A stretch of 63,910 nucleotides of DNA, the filler included, from Octopus bimaculoides (Eukaryota): assembly GCF_001194135.2 (NCBI RefSeq). It is 4 parts of 4 records of this genome, joined end to end, with 100 filler letters (N's around TTAATTAATTAA, not from the genome) between each part and the next. Parts side by side here need not be neighbours in the genome. Positions count along the whole stretch, not along the records: positions 39,372 to 62,806 come from NC_068983.1; positions 62,907 to 63,910 come from NW_026323970.1; 2 more parts are not named here. One strand, 5' to 3'. The stretch's first letter is position 1. Each line of letters starts with the position of its first letter. The notes under the pieces were generated by a model, which saw only the letters and a list, made by a program, of their open reading frames with translations, had not been told where the DNA came from and did no database searches. Below are positions 50,621 through 63,910 of this stretch, in pieces. The translations under genes and the position numbers were made by a program.

Positions 50621-50871
50621 TTTTCACGGAAAACAACAACCTCATCTGAAGAGTGATAATGTAAAGGAAGCAGAAACAAATTCGGTGCATTTCAGACATG
50701 AACGAAAGGTAAGAATGTCATGAGTAAACCTTCGGCAGCAACAGTAAAGCACACAAAAAATGGAAGAGAATAAGTGACTGCGAGAACAAGATAGAAAGAC
50801 AATGATAGTGAAACAGAAAAAAAGTTAACATGGAGGAAAAGTGTGTTGACAGCTTCACAGGATAACGCGCG

Positions 50872-50913
<42 letters not shown>

Positions 50914-51908
50914 TATATATATGGTAGAAAAAGAAGGAAAGACAGAGAGAATTTGTTTAGGTGAGTTCAATGACCTGTTAGCCTGGAGTTTCCTTGACTG
51001 CACTTTTTCATACAAGTCAAACTGAGACTCTTTTGACTTGTCCGACGAAGCAGCTTTATTCGAGTGTAGCAGGCCACTCGGCCGACTTGACAAAACAAAT
51101 GTCAGCGGCTATAATCTCGGGCCTACCAAAGGCCTGTGAGTAGGTCTGGTAGACGGAAACNNNNNNNNNNNNNNNNNNNNNNNNNNNNNNNNNNNNNNNN
51201 NNNNNNNNNNNNNNNNNNNNNNNNNNNNNNNNNNNNNNNNNNNNNNNNNNNNNNNNNNNNNNNNNNNNNNNNNNNNNNNNNNNNNNNNNNNNNNNNNNNN
51301 NNNNNNNNNNNNNNNNNNNNNNNNNNNNNNNNNNNNNNNNNNNNNNNNNNNNNNNNNNNNNNNNNNNNNNNNNNNNNNNNNNNNNNNNNNNNNNNNNNNN
51401 NNNNNNNNNNNNNNNNNNNNNNNNNNNNNNNNNNNNNNNNNNNNNNNNNNNNNNNNNNNNNNNNNNNNNNNNNNNNNNNNNNNNNNNNNNNNNNNNNNNN
51501 NNNNNNNNNNNNNNNNNNNNNNNNNNNNNNNNNNNNNNNNNNNNNNNNNNNNNNNNNNNNNNNNNNNNNNNNNNNNNNNNNNNNNNNNNNNNNNNNNNNN
51601 NNNNNNNNNNNNNNNNNNNNNNNNNNNNNNNNNNNNNNNNNNNNNNNNNNNNNNNNNNNNNNNNNNNNNNNNNNNNNNNNNNNNNNNNNNNNNNNNNNNN
51701 NNNNNNNNNNNNNNNNNNNNNNNNNNNNNNNNNNNNNNNNNNNNNNNNNNNNNNNNNNNNNNNNNNNNNNNNNNNNNNNNNNNNNNNNNNNNNNNNNNNN
51801 NNNNNNNNNNNNNNNNNNNNNNNNNNNNNNNNNNNNNNNNNNNNNNNNNNNNNNNNNNNNNNNNNNNNNNNNNNNNNNNNNNNNNNNNNNNNNNNNNNNN
51901 NNNNNNNN

Positions 51909-51943
<35 letters not shown>

Positions 51944-52214
51944 ATAGGTATCCTGTCCTATACATACTTATACAGATACATTATATACACATACATACAT
52001 ACACACACACACAATCACACTTTGTTTTGGTCAGTTTGCCGAGGAGGAAGGGCAACGCTGAAGTGAGATAGTCAGACGAAAAGTGTTTGCTGATTGCTTT
52101 GATGATAGGAGGTCAGTACGAAAATAGCAATAAAAATACGAAGAACACCACAGCCAAATACTACTACTACTACTACTACTACTACTAACGATAATAATAA
52201 TAATGATAATAATG

Positions 52215-52286
<72 letters not shown>

Positions 52287-54674
52287 TATTGCTGCTGCTG
52301 ATATAGTCTCTAATGCTGTACCTAGTCAAAGTGAATCAATAACATTTTCTTGGAAGTCGATAATGTCATTCGGAAATTCCTGACTACTTCATTATTCTGT
52401 TTCTTTCCTCCTTTAAAAGAGTCTCATTATGCATAGTCAGAAAGTAATCAATATATTTTTCGTAAACATAGAGGTGGCTGAAGCAACGCCCCTCCAGATT
52501 GAAAGTTCCGTAGAATTTCATTTCTTTCTGCCAGGATCCATCCAGTTCAAATCTTAGTAGACACGTCTGTCTCCTTTATTTCTCTGAAGTCGTTAAATGA
52601 TGTACCAGTTGTATAGAGCTGTTGAAGTCATAACATTTTTTTGTCCTATACTAATATGTATCTTGTATTTAAGGTAGAAGGAATTGATTTTCAATCCTAC
52701 ATTGGCACATATTCTATAATTATCATCGTATAGATATTGAAATTCGTGTGAATATATTTGAGACCTTCCTTAACATTCTATCGGAGTTCAAATAAATGGA
52801 ATTTCAGATAGGCACAAAAGAATGATATAACTCAGCACAGCATGTACTGTAAGCAACAAATGAAGTTTTCGGGGGGGGGGGGGTTCCTTTGCGGTTTACA
52901 AGAAGAGGAAGAGTGCGACACAGTTACTATTAGAGATGGTGACAGGAAAACAAAACAGGAAGAAAGAGCAGCTCATAAGTTGTTGCTGATAGAAATAAAA
53001 TACAAACCGGTTGCATAGTTAAGAAGTTCGTTCGTTTTTGAAACTACATGACTTCATTTTTAACTACTCTACTTGATACACTGAGCAACAACTTCAATAG
53101 TTCGGTTCTACCAAAGTCATTCGATTGAAATTTACTGGAGGGAACTTGTGTGAAATTCACTGGAGGGAACCTGTCAGAGGTGTCGTTCTTGCTTTTGGTA
53201 GACAATCTTAATCTGTTAACCGGCTTAACACCACCACGTGGCCCATGTTATGACTTTAGCGGAGTTCACTCTGTTACATGCTGTTGGGTCGATCCTCTAT
53301 GCAGAGGATAATTTTAACTTTAGAGGCCCAAACAGGAGGTCAAAATGTCATGGGTGTTTCCCCTCCCTCATCTCTTTCATCAATAAGTAACAATTTAAAA
53401 ATCTATCAAGTTATCTTTATACCAGACACTTTGTTCAAATGTTTACTGAAGCCGAGAGCGACTCTTGAAGCTCATATTTTGACAAACTGTTGAGTTCAGT
53501 TCCCCCGTGGGAACAATTGTCTGCGACAAGCCTATGGTGAGGATGTGTATTTTTCTTTTTTTTTTTGCCCAGTAATCATACGTAAACCGTAGGTAAGCAC
53601 TGGTCACTTAGATTATTATCATTTGAAAAAGAATTAAATGTTGAGCTGGCTTAAATGATATTGTTTAAATAATCAACTTAATTTCCGAAACTGTATGGAC
53701 GAACTAAATGTCTTTCACTAATTAATTGTGTATCCCTGAGTTGAGTTCAAATCCCTCCATCACGATGAAATAAGTACCAGTAATGTGCTGGTACAGATTT
53801 AAACAATTATATACTTTCTATAAAAATGTACAAGACTTTCAATTACAATCAGAAATGAATATTCTCTTCCCAAAATGTTAAGCAATAATACAACTGGGGT
53901 TAAATAAAGGAGATGTTATTTCCAATAAAGTTATGTAAACGGTTATTAAAAACGTGCTCTACATTTAACCGATCGATCTTTGCTGCTAAACGTTGTTCAA
54001 TGTTCACAGATTCTATTTTTGTCATTTTTGTTATCTTTATAGTTTTAGATAATGTATAATTTTGATAAAGTAAAATTCCAAGTTTTTCGCATTTAAATAG
54101 ATTTTCACCAGATTCTCTTTTATCATTTTCTCTCTCTGTATTTTCTATATTTTCTGTTATTATTTTCCATTCTATTTTGCAATCACATTGCCTTGCCTTT
54201 ATTTAACGAAATTAAATTCTAATAACGAGAATAAGTGTGATTCCCTTGGACGAAATTAAATGAGAATATCTAGAAACTATATTTACTTTCCAAGAAGTTG
54301 ATTAAGATTTTATCTGATTGTTTTGACTGGATTTTAAATAAAAAATAAGTTAGCTTAATTGTTTTCCTAATCAAACACAATATTTATTGAATTCAAACTT
54401 TCTCTCTCTAGATACAGTTTGAATATTACTTCAGTCTTTAGTTTTTATAAAATAACCAGAATATTACTAGCGGGTGTTTTGAAACGAAGTTTCATTTAAA
54501 TGAATTTTATGTCTGAAAGACAGACATGGTTATGATGTACTTTAAATAATAATGGCACGAATCAGAGTTCTGTTAGTGGGGCGAAGCGACAGAAAACTGA
54601 GTCCTTCATTAATACTTTATATTATCGACTCCAGAAGGATGAAAAACAAACTTTAAACAAACAGGATGATGATG

Positions 54675-54709
<35 letters not shown>

Positions 54710-55860
54710 GAGAGTACCTTGGCGAGTGAGAAAAATATTGGCTTCAGAGCTGAATGCTAGAAACATAATCGACAATAAACTCGGGCGCATTTGCAGCAGT
54801 TCGGTATGGTGCTGGAATCCTGAATGGATAGAGGAGGAACTAAAAGAGATGAACAGGAAGTCAAGAAAGTATCTTACGATGCATGGAGCCCATCGTCCAC
54901 GTACAGATACTGATCGCCTATACATGAAGAGAGCAAATGGAGGAAGGGCCCTGATAAGTGTGGATGACTGTGTGCGTATCGAACTTGAGAGCTTAATGAG
55001 ATATCTAGCCCAAAGTAAAGAAACCTTGCTAGCAAATGTGATGAAAAATGGTGTTGACACAAAGTGCTGATACTGAAACGATGGGATTGAAACAGTGAAC
55101 CACCTAATCTCTGGGTGTAAGGTTTTCGCACCTGTAGCGTACAAATCAGGTCATGACAGAGTTGGCCAATATCTACATTGGATAATGTGTCGGCATTATA
55201 AAATCAAAGCTTCTGAAAATGGTACAAGCACCACCCCGAGGCTGTAATTGAGGGAGAACATGTAACGATTCTTTGGGACTTTTCAGTATGTACAGAGTGG
55301 ACCATCAAATCAAATAAATCAGATATTGTTAAGAAAAACCAAAACAATAAACTCTGATTATGGATTGATATACGCATACCCTGGTACCATAATATCTCAA
55401 CAAAAGGATTTTATAAGCTCAGAAATTATAAAGATTTGGTAATTGAAATCGAGAAGATGTGGCATCTCAAGACGGTTAAAATAGCAGTGATTATAAGAAC
55501 ACTTGGAGTTATTTAAGAATGATCCCTGGCTTACCATCCATGCAGGAAGTGCAAAAGATTGTTTTAACTAGCACGTCACGTGTACTAAGAAGAGCATAGT
55601 TTCTGTGAATTTTCTTTCCCTTTCCAACTTTATTTTCTTTGTTTACTTTTTTTTTATTTTTACCTTTTTCACTCTTGTCATTCTAATTACTTTTCTCTAT
55701 CACATGACTTTGTAAATGAACAACCTGGTGTGTTTATTTTAATGGCCCACCTGTGTATACAGTGCGTTTCTCTGCCATAGGTATCAGGAAGACATTTGGC
55801 AAGAAATAGAAACAGAATTGAAAGATGATAATGAAAATAAAAATAATGGTAGTACTAATA
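54710..55860 (+). mobile_element. R4/Dong-like LINE 3' portion (end of RT, zinc knuckle, RLE, 3' UTR) after (TAA)n
   Basis: RVRKILASELNARN...RKYLTMHGAH.P..D.DRLY..R..GGR.L; KC*Y*NDGIETVNHLISGC; HDRVGQYLHWIMC; TILWDF; YKDLVIEIEKMWHLKTV; internal deletion before the knuckle. Confidence 0.9.
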
Positions 55861-56184
55861 ATTTATAACTTAATCACAGTTTTAGAAACGTCATTGGAAA
55901 CAGAGGTAACAACTGCAGTAATACTAACAACAATACTAATGGCCGCATTATACTGATATATCGCAGCTAGATCTGTGAGAAAATGTGTTTAGTCGATAAA
56001 TTGTAATGATTGACGTTCGTGAATTCATATCATCGTGTGCCCAATTTACATCTGTCAGAGGAATTTGGCAGTTAATGCATAGCATGATTTATTAGTATTG
56101 CTAGTATTGATGGAGATATTGATACTCCCTCACAATGCCACCCATCAAAGAAATAATCAATGCTATGATGTATGCATGCATGCT

Positions 56185-56253
<69 letters not shown>

Positions 56254-56677
56254 ATATATATATANNNNNNNNNNNNNNNNNNNNNNNNNNNNNNNNNNNN
56301 NNNNNNNNNNNNNNNNNNNNNNNNNNNNNNNNNNNNNNNNNNNNNNNNNNNNNNNNNNNNNNNNNNNNNNNNNNNNNNNNNNNNNNNNNNNNNNNNNNNN
56401 NNNNNNNNNNNNNNNNNNNNNNNNNNNNNNNNNNNNNNNNNNNNNNNNNNNNNNNNNNNNNNNNNNNNNNNNNNNNNNNNNNNNNNNNNNNNNNNNNNNN
56501 NNNNNNNNNNNNNNNNNNNNNNNNNNNNNNNNNNNNNNNNNNNNNNNNNNNNNNNNNNNNNNNNNNNNNNNNNNNNNNNNNNNNNNNNNNNNNNNNNNNN
56601 NNNNNNNNNNNNNNNNNNNNNNNNNNNNNNNNNNNNNNNNNNNNNNNNNNNNNNNNNNNNNNNNNNNNNNNNNNNNN

Positions 56678-56726
<49 letters not shown>

Positions 56727-59700
56727 GCATTTATACATGTATGTATGATATACATTTATATTTGTATGTATATATATATACATATACATACATACACATA
56801 CACGCACACGCACACACACTCACCTTTATGCCAAATATAAGTAATAATGTAAGTGCGCTTATTTTTATTGGAAGTGCACACACAGCCACGCAAACATGCG
56901 CATGTACATACATATACATACTTACATCAATGTATTCACATTCATAACACCTATGATGACACGCCTTTTACGTGATTTATGATTATGATTATGTATAACT
57001 TATTGCTACTCTAACGTTACGTAAGACTTATTGAAACAGCAGTAAGGAACACGAATATTTGGAATGTGAGTGAAATTGTTTTCCGTTATTTTTTTCGAAT
57101 ACGGTTTGGTTACTTCATCCGTTTAAGCCTAAACAGCAATATATGTGCCATATGTATGTTACATGTAAATTTTAGGTTTTTAAGGTGATCTACTATCTAA
57201 GCTTTATATATTCTATTAAAAATGGATTATACATGAAATTAATATATTCAACGTCCTACGCGGAGTATTTTAAACATAATATTAGTAAATGAGGAAAATA
57301 ACTGCAATAAAAATTATTTAAATTAAATTTTAAATAAATATAGAAAATGCAGCAATTGATTGAATCTGATCCTTAGTACGACTAGCTCAAGCGAGTGACA
57401 TTAAGTTACGTTAAACCTCTTGTACAGCACATTTTATACTCAGTTGTGTAAATGACGGATTATCATTATATGCAACCCCCATACAATATTTTTCGTATTT
57501 TCTTAAGATTTTAATAAGTCATTAATATCCTTTAAAGTTTAAACATCACTACATATTTGAAGTGTACTTTATTCACAAGAAATTTATCTCAAGCGAATAG
57601 TTAGAATTACTAAAACTTTCTTTTCCGATGATAAAATAATTCTTCACGATAAAGTTCTGACCAATATGACACCCTGTTTATGAATAAAATATGATACTTC
57701 AAATGTAGCCTTATATGGCTGAGAATGTCACATGGTACAGTTATTTAAAAAAAATATTTTGTGTAAAAATCCAAAGATTAACTGCAAAGTTAGTTAATCT
57801 TTGTTTCGTTCCATGCTCTATATTATATTGAGGGAGATATTATTTCCTGAAAATGAAGATGGCGAGTACCAACTTTCCTATATTCAGCAGTTCGAATAGA
57901 CAGCATTGTCCCTATCTATAAAACTTAGAGAATAAGCAAATATATAAATTAATGATAAAAGATTTCTGGTTTGAAATATAGACATGATTAACTCGGCTTT
58001 ATTATCTGAATATAATTGGCTTAATGATTCGTTTGCGAATTTTTGAGATATTCAGAGGAATAGAAGTAATATGCTAATAATAATGCTTGCTCTAGTTTAA
58101 TGAAAGATAAAAAATCATTTAATACGATAATTGATCTCGTTCATTAAGATTATTCGCATCATTCTGTTCTTATTATGTAATTTCGCTATTTATTTGTATC
58201 TTTTCTCAATTATTTGTAACTTTTCTCGGTGTTAAATATTTAAGTTTATTGTTGTTCTTGTTGCTGTGATGGGGATGATGAAGCAACTGGTCAGCCATGA
58301 TTCAAGACACCATTGAACGAAGAATTTCTATCCGCGATCATCCTACTTTTGTAGACGATGTATTATAAACACATTACTCAATTAATCTTTCCTTTCTTTT
58401 AAATAATACAATAGGGTTTGAGGAATATGTGACTGCCATTCCTATCAGGACAGCCAATATTGTCGACACGATGTACATTTTATTGTCGCGTGAATATACT
58501 GTATTAGTTAAAGTAACTAAAATAAGTGGCTTCTACACCAGCATTCTAAATTCCATATTCTTTAGTGAAAATTCCAAACAGTGCTAATGTAGCCAGAAAC
58601 CTAAAAAAGAAAAAAAGAAACATTAAAAGCTAATAATGAATTTTCGAGTTAGAGAATTTAAGAACCTGAAGAATATGAAAGTGTTATCAAAACTTCAACT
58701 TGATAATATTCGAAACAAAAGGAATTCGATAAATCACAAATTAAGGCTTCCTTTCGAGGAATGGTTGCAACCTTATATATTCAAACGTATTAAGTAAACA
58801 TTATTGGGATTATCAACAGGTAAGATTCCACTGCAGTCGACTTTACCTTTCACCCTTTCTGGGTCGGGTACTGGGGTCGATTTAACCGACTAGCACCTCA
58901 CCCAAAAGTTCAGACCTTGTGTCTATAGTAGAAAGGATTATCTTCTAAACTAAGTCCATAATCAAGTTACATTTTCTATTTCAAAATAAATCATATAGTT
59001 AATGTTTTGGAGAAAAATTTGAATCGTATTATAAGGGAACATTGTGTCTTGTGTAAAAATATGCAAGAAACCAACAGTGGTGGCAGTATAATTCACTGTT
59101 CTCTACCCAACGAAATGTATGAACTTGTATCTGTATTAGCAATGAATATAATGGTGTTTTGACAAAATCGTTAGAACGTGAAACAATGCTTTACAGTATG
59201 AGTCACAGCATTTTACAAGTTCAAATTTCGTCAGTTAGCTTTGTCTTTCATCTGCCTGTGGATGATAAAATAAAATATCACCGCGAACTTAGTGCTGATA
59301 TATTTGACTCAGCCATCGCACTAAATGTGTGACTTTGTGACTGTGTTAGGAATCAATGTTATTATAATTACAGCGAGAAGGCAGATACGATGTAAGTCAA
59401 GATGTACTTGGTTTCCTCTTTACATTCTGAGTTTAATGTCACCAATGTCGATATAGACTTTTTTTTATATTTCCCTACGTCCAATAAAAATGGTAGAATA
59501 TATGCGGATGAACGATTCAATAAGAAAGCTTCCATACTAAGCTCGACATTCTGGAAAATATCCCATGTATACACTAACATTGAAAAAAAAATGGAAAACG
59601 AACGGAGAATGAGAATGCAGCACGTGATGTAAGATATACTGTAATTTTGGCTGCTGCAACGTATTTGTTTATATATCCATGCACACAAGGGGAACCGGAG

Positions 59701-60116
59701 AAACAACGACAGCAACAAAGACGACATAGTGATATGAATTCAATCGAATTTTCAATTCCACGACAAAATTCGTAAGCTACCTAAAGAATCTAAGATTGAT
59801 ATCTACACAATCCTCTTAACTTTCCTCTTAACTTCTGGTTTTCTCCGAAAGAGAAATAAAAGCTACAGTATATTACTGAACCAACCATGAAATAATGAGT
59901 AAACATTGTACTAGATGAGAACAACAATATGAAAACCCATAGAGCAGACGAGCTTTTCTGTGGACTGAATTTTGTTTGAAAACATCTTACGTGATTTTGA
60001 TTTGCTGTTTTTAAATAACGTGGGTAAATGCGCAGATATGGCAATCTTCCTATTGCAAAAGTTTCCCATATATCCGAAGTTTTGTAACTATTAAACTATA
60101 TCATTCATTCATTCAC

Positions 60117-60170
<54 letters not shown>

Positions 60171-60490
60171 AGTATACATTGAAACATGGCCATGATCGAA
60201 CATCTAAACAGCTAGAAGGAGTTGTTAAAATCCAAACCACAATTAGGGTAATTTCGAAAGGGAATGAAAAATAAACCATTTACCTTCTATTTCCTGGACC
60301 ATAGTTTCAAGCTATATTCAGTAAATAAAGTAATTTACTAGGCGAAGCTCTCATCAGCAGAAAAGCCAAAGATTAACATTATAAGTCCGAGGCGATACAG
60401 AACATGCCTCGTGCTTAAATGTTATAATTTTTCAAATCCACCGCGCAAGAGCACTTTTATATCGGCAGCAAATAATGCCGATTTTCTTTC

Positions 60491-60732
60491 AAAATTAGCC
60501 AAAAGAATTATTATTAATAATTGTGGTTTGGATTTTAACTACTCCTAGCGTTTAGATGTCCGATTATGGCCATCTCTTATGTGTTTAAATGTACACTGTA
60601 TATATAATGAATAATATATAATCTATCGACTAGTTTTTTTTCTACACGCTAGACCACGGTGGTAAAAAAAAATTCCTAAATAATATTTTACTACCCTGAA
60701 ATTTATTAATAATAATTCTTTTGGCTAATTTT
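60491..60732. mobile_element. ~240-bp element with perfect 30-bp terminal inverted repeats (MITE-like)
   Basis: aaaattagccaaaagaattattattaataa (60491-60520) versus its exact reverse complement (60703-60732); the interior recurs inverted at ~60168-60260 and ~62570-62722. Confidence 0.6.
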
Positions 60733-60919
60733 CAGTCACGTAACTTCGGCCATGCTGGAGCATCACCTTTAGTCGAACAAACCGACCCCGGGACTTATTC
60801 GTTGTAAGCCTATTCTATCGGACTCTTCAGCCGAAACGCTAAGTTACGGGGATGTAAACAGACCAGCATCGGTTGTCAAAACCGTATATACACACGCACA
60901 CACACGCACACACACGCAC

Positions 60920-60957
<38 letters not shown>

Positions 60958-61235
60958 NNNNNNNNNNNNNNNNNNNNNNNNNNNNNNNNNNNNNNNNNNN
61001 NNNNNNNNNNNNNNNNNNNNNNNNNNNNNNNNNNNNNNNNNNNNNNNNNNNNNNNNNNNNNNNNNNNNNNNNNNNNNNNNNNNNCTTTCACTTTCCGTCT
61101 ACTAAATCCGCTCACGTGGCTTTGGTCGGCCAGAGGCTACAGTAGAAGACACTTGCCCAATGTGCCACGCAGTGGGACTGAACCCGGAACCATATGGTTA
61201 GGAATCAAGCTTCTTACTACACAGCTACGCCTGCG
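60733..61235 (-). mobile_element. Family D SINE spanning a gap
   Basis: 3' body at 60733-60880, head at 61085-61235. Confidence 0.85.
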
Positions 61236-61320
61236 CCTATATATATATATATATGAGAACAATCTTTTGTTAGTGGTCAGACCATTGGGGTCTACTTCTA
61301 GCATATTGGACCCTCTTATA

Positions 61321-61377
<57 letters not shown>

Positions 61378-61983
61378 ATGTTTATATGCGTAAGCGTATA
61401 TATATGTATATATGTATGCATGAATATATGTAAAAATGTGTGAATCTCGTGAGTGGGGTTGTTAGTTATTAATCATCTGTTGCTGTAACTTTGATCGTTC
61501 TATACACTGTTAAGAAATACGGACCGCTAAAGAAACATTCTGGCCAAAATTCGATAAAAAACAAGACAAATTGTGTCGACTCCTGTTCATTGTAGAGAAT
61601 GTGTCCATATTTGTTTTTATATATATGCTTTATGTATACATATGTATGTACGCATTCATATGTATACACACACAGACACACACACACACATATATATATA
61701 CGTGTCTATATGTTTCTGTTCATGGATATGTAAATATGTGTATGTGTGTTTTATGAATATATATGCATGTACGTTTATGGGCTGTGTTTTTATGAGCTTG
61801 TCTATGTATTTGTCTGTTGTTGTATTCATGATTTACTGCGTTATACACAATATTCGATATTTTTTTAATGTTTTGTCGATACCTTGGTTGATTGAATCAT
61901 GCCAGAGTTATGAAATACAGATACACCCTTATATATACACTCCCACAAGCACATACAGACACACAGACACAAATGTATATATG

Positions 61984-62028
<45 letters not shown>

Positions 62029-62076
62029 AATATATATGCACACACATATACATACACAGATATAGAGACGTATATA

Positions 62077-62545
62077 CAGGGGTTGGACAAAATAATGGAA
62101 ACACCTTAAAATTTCATACAAATTTATTTTAATATGGTGCACGGCCGACTTTGGCAGTAATTAGTGCTTGAATTCTACGAGGTATTGACTCCTATAAAGT
62201 TTGAATTGTTTCCAAAGGAATTTTTGTCCATTCTTCAGCTAAAACAGTCTTCGGTTCTTGTAGTGATGATAGTGAAGAATATCGACTCTTTACTTGTTTT
62301 TTTCTAAAATGCACCATAAATGTTCAATAATATTGGGATCCGGTGACTGTGGTGGCCAGATAACTTCACTGGAATGTACTCGTACCATTCAGTAACAACT
62401 TTAGCAGAGTCAATTGGTGCATTATCATCCTGAAAGAGTTCCGCAACCATAGGAGGAATTTGATCTGATAAAATGCTTAAATAGTATAGCCTTGACTATT
62501 AATTCTGCCATAAAGGGAAACCATTAGGCCGGCGGATTTCCAAGA
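62077..62545 (-). mobile_element. Tc1-family transposon 3' fragment with TIR
   Basis: TA-caggggttggacaaaataatggaaacacc TIR; minus strand encodes FQDDNAPI...WPPQSPDPNIIEHLW (DD34E-type motifs). Confidence 0.9.
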
Positions 62546-62806
62546 TTTATGTATATATACATATATATAAATTTCAGGGTAGCAAAATATTATTTACAAT
62601 TTTTTTTACCACCATGGCCTAACGTGTAGAAAAATTGGTCAATAGACTATATATTATTTATTATATATACAGTGTACATTTAAACACATGAGATGGCCAT
62701 AATCGGACATCTAAACGGCAAGAATATGTATATATACATATATAGTATATGTATATATACATGTATAGTATATGTACATATACATATATATATATATATA
62801 TATATA

Positions 62807-62906
62807 NNNNNNNNNNNNNNNNNNNNNNNNNNNNNNNNNNNNNNNNNNNNTTAATTAATTAANNNNNNNNNNNNNNNNNNNNNNNNNNNNNNNNNNNNNN
62901 NNNNNN
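62807..62906. other. Artificial assembly linker N44-TTAATTAATTAA-N44
   Basis: Same 100-bp structure. Confidence 0.95.
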
Positions 62907-63300
62907 CAACTGGAACCCTCGACGTCGTAAGCGACGGAGTGCCAACAACATCTGTGTTCAAATTTCGCTGAGGTCGGCTTTGCCTTTCATCCTTTTGCGA
63001 TCTATAAAATAAGTACCAGTTGAGCACTAGGGTCGATATAATCGACTTACCCCCTCCCCCGAACGTCCTGATCTGCTACCAAAAATTGTGAAACCATTAT
63101 TTAGTTAGATTAAGGCGACAAGATGACAGAATCGTTTTCGTCGATCTCTACGTACTGAATTCAAAAGCTGTCCAGATTGTCTAAGCTTTTCATCCTGTGG
63201 TGTTGATAAAATAAGTACCAGTTGAAAACTGAGGTGGATGTGATCGACTATCACCTCACACCCTCAAAATTGCTGACACTGACAAAATTTGAAAGCATTA
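62907..63300 (+). mobile_element. Family A SINE 3' end followed by two diverged family C-type SINEs
   Basis: caactggaaccctcgacgtcgtaagcgacggagtgccaacaa, then two ctttcatcct...gataaaataagtaccagttga motifs. Confidence 0.8.
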
Positions 63301-63910
63301 TTAGCTAGATCAGTGGTTCTCAACTGGATTCCATAAGGTCCTTCTATGTCCATATAAGCTTTTGCTGTCAAAAATTATGCGCAATAAATTGGTTTATACT
63401 TCTGCAACACACAAAATATCTAAACAATATAATTGGTCATCCGTTAGGTTCCAAGTTCACAGATGACGCTGGAGTCAGGGATCCGTAGTCGGCTTCAGAG
63501 TCAGCAGGTATATATATTCTAAATGACCTGAGACACTCGCCCTGCCTTGGCTTGGTTTTGTTTTCCTTTTACTTTAATATATATATATAATAACATAAAT
63601 AATATATAAACATATGCATATATCCATGCATATATATACATACCTACATCTATATGTATACATACATGCATATATGGGTACAGGAGATAAAAAAAAAACG
63701 TTAAACACAACGAGAAACGAAAACATAAAGACGAAAACAGAAAACGAACTTTTTTTTCGAACAAGAAAAAAACAAACAGAGAAACGAGACATGCAACATA
63801 AAGAGTTTACCCCTTCGCCAGTTGTCCCTGTTCCATCTACTCCGCGTTCCGAAGGCAAGAACAATACGCGACTTTGTTGGAACAGTCCTTCCCGCAAAGC
63901 AAATTAAATA

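Noticed and set aside
50692-51093. ORF SSRPSGLLHSNKAASSDKSKESQFDLYEKVQSRK
   Set aside because: It runs into microsatellites, abuts a SINE fragment and a gap, and has only weak splice sites.
53125-53176. Two 23-bp direct repeats (gaaattYactggagggaacYtgt) as a CRISPR-like array
   Set aside because: Only two units with a 2-nt spacer; a simple tandem duplication in a eukaryotic context.
59368-60044. Two hydrophobic minus-strand ORFs (119 and 84 aa) suggesting a membrane protein
   Set aside because: In-frame stop just upstream of the first, no convincing splice sites joining them and no recognisable motif; compatible with chance.
43247-62245. Other CTGANGA hits (near 43248, 44124, 50646, 58666; minus strand near 60353, 62233)
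   Set aside because: No paired stem II followed by GAAA; the last is Tc1 coding sequence.

Overview
This is AT-rich eukaryotic genomic DNA dense in microsatellites and transposon relics. The SINE families and repeat landscape look like an Octopus (coleoid cephalopod) genome, which is an inference. Three artificial linkers (N44-TTAATTAATTAA-N44 at 21271, 39316 and 62851) and many N gaps mean contiguity across the window is not guaranteed. The only well-supported coding sequence is a large minus-strand exon (5108 to 3424) with a strong splice acceptor. It encodes an Asn/Ser-rich, low-complexity protein in which I recognise no domain. A ~240-bp inverted repeat pair (2174-2406 and 5876-6126) brackets this exon. 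The rest is mostly tRNA-derived SINEs of several families (some nested, some with TSDs), six RLE-type (R4/Dong-like) LINE fragments often tied to (TAA)n, an L1/Tx1-like 3' end, two mariner remnants, a Tc1 remnant and two Penelope-like remnants. One Penelope-like remnant carries a near-intact minimal type I hammerhead ribozyme (32353-32398), the most striking hidden structure here. Candidate extra exons are predicted from splice signals only and are low confidence. No rRNA, genuine tRNA gene or CRISPR array is supported. Repeat boundaries were read by eye and are approximate unless TSDs or TIRs are quoted.
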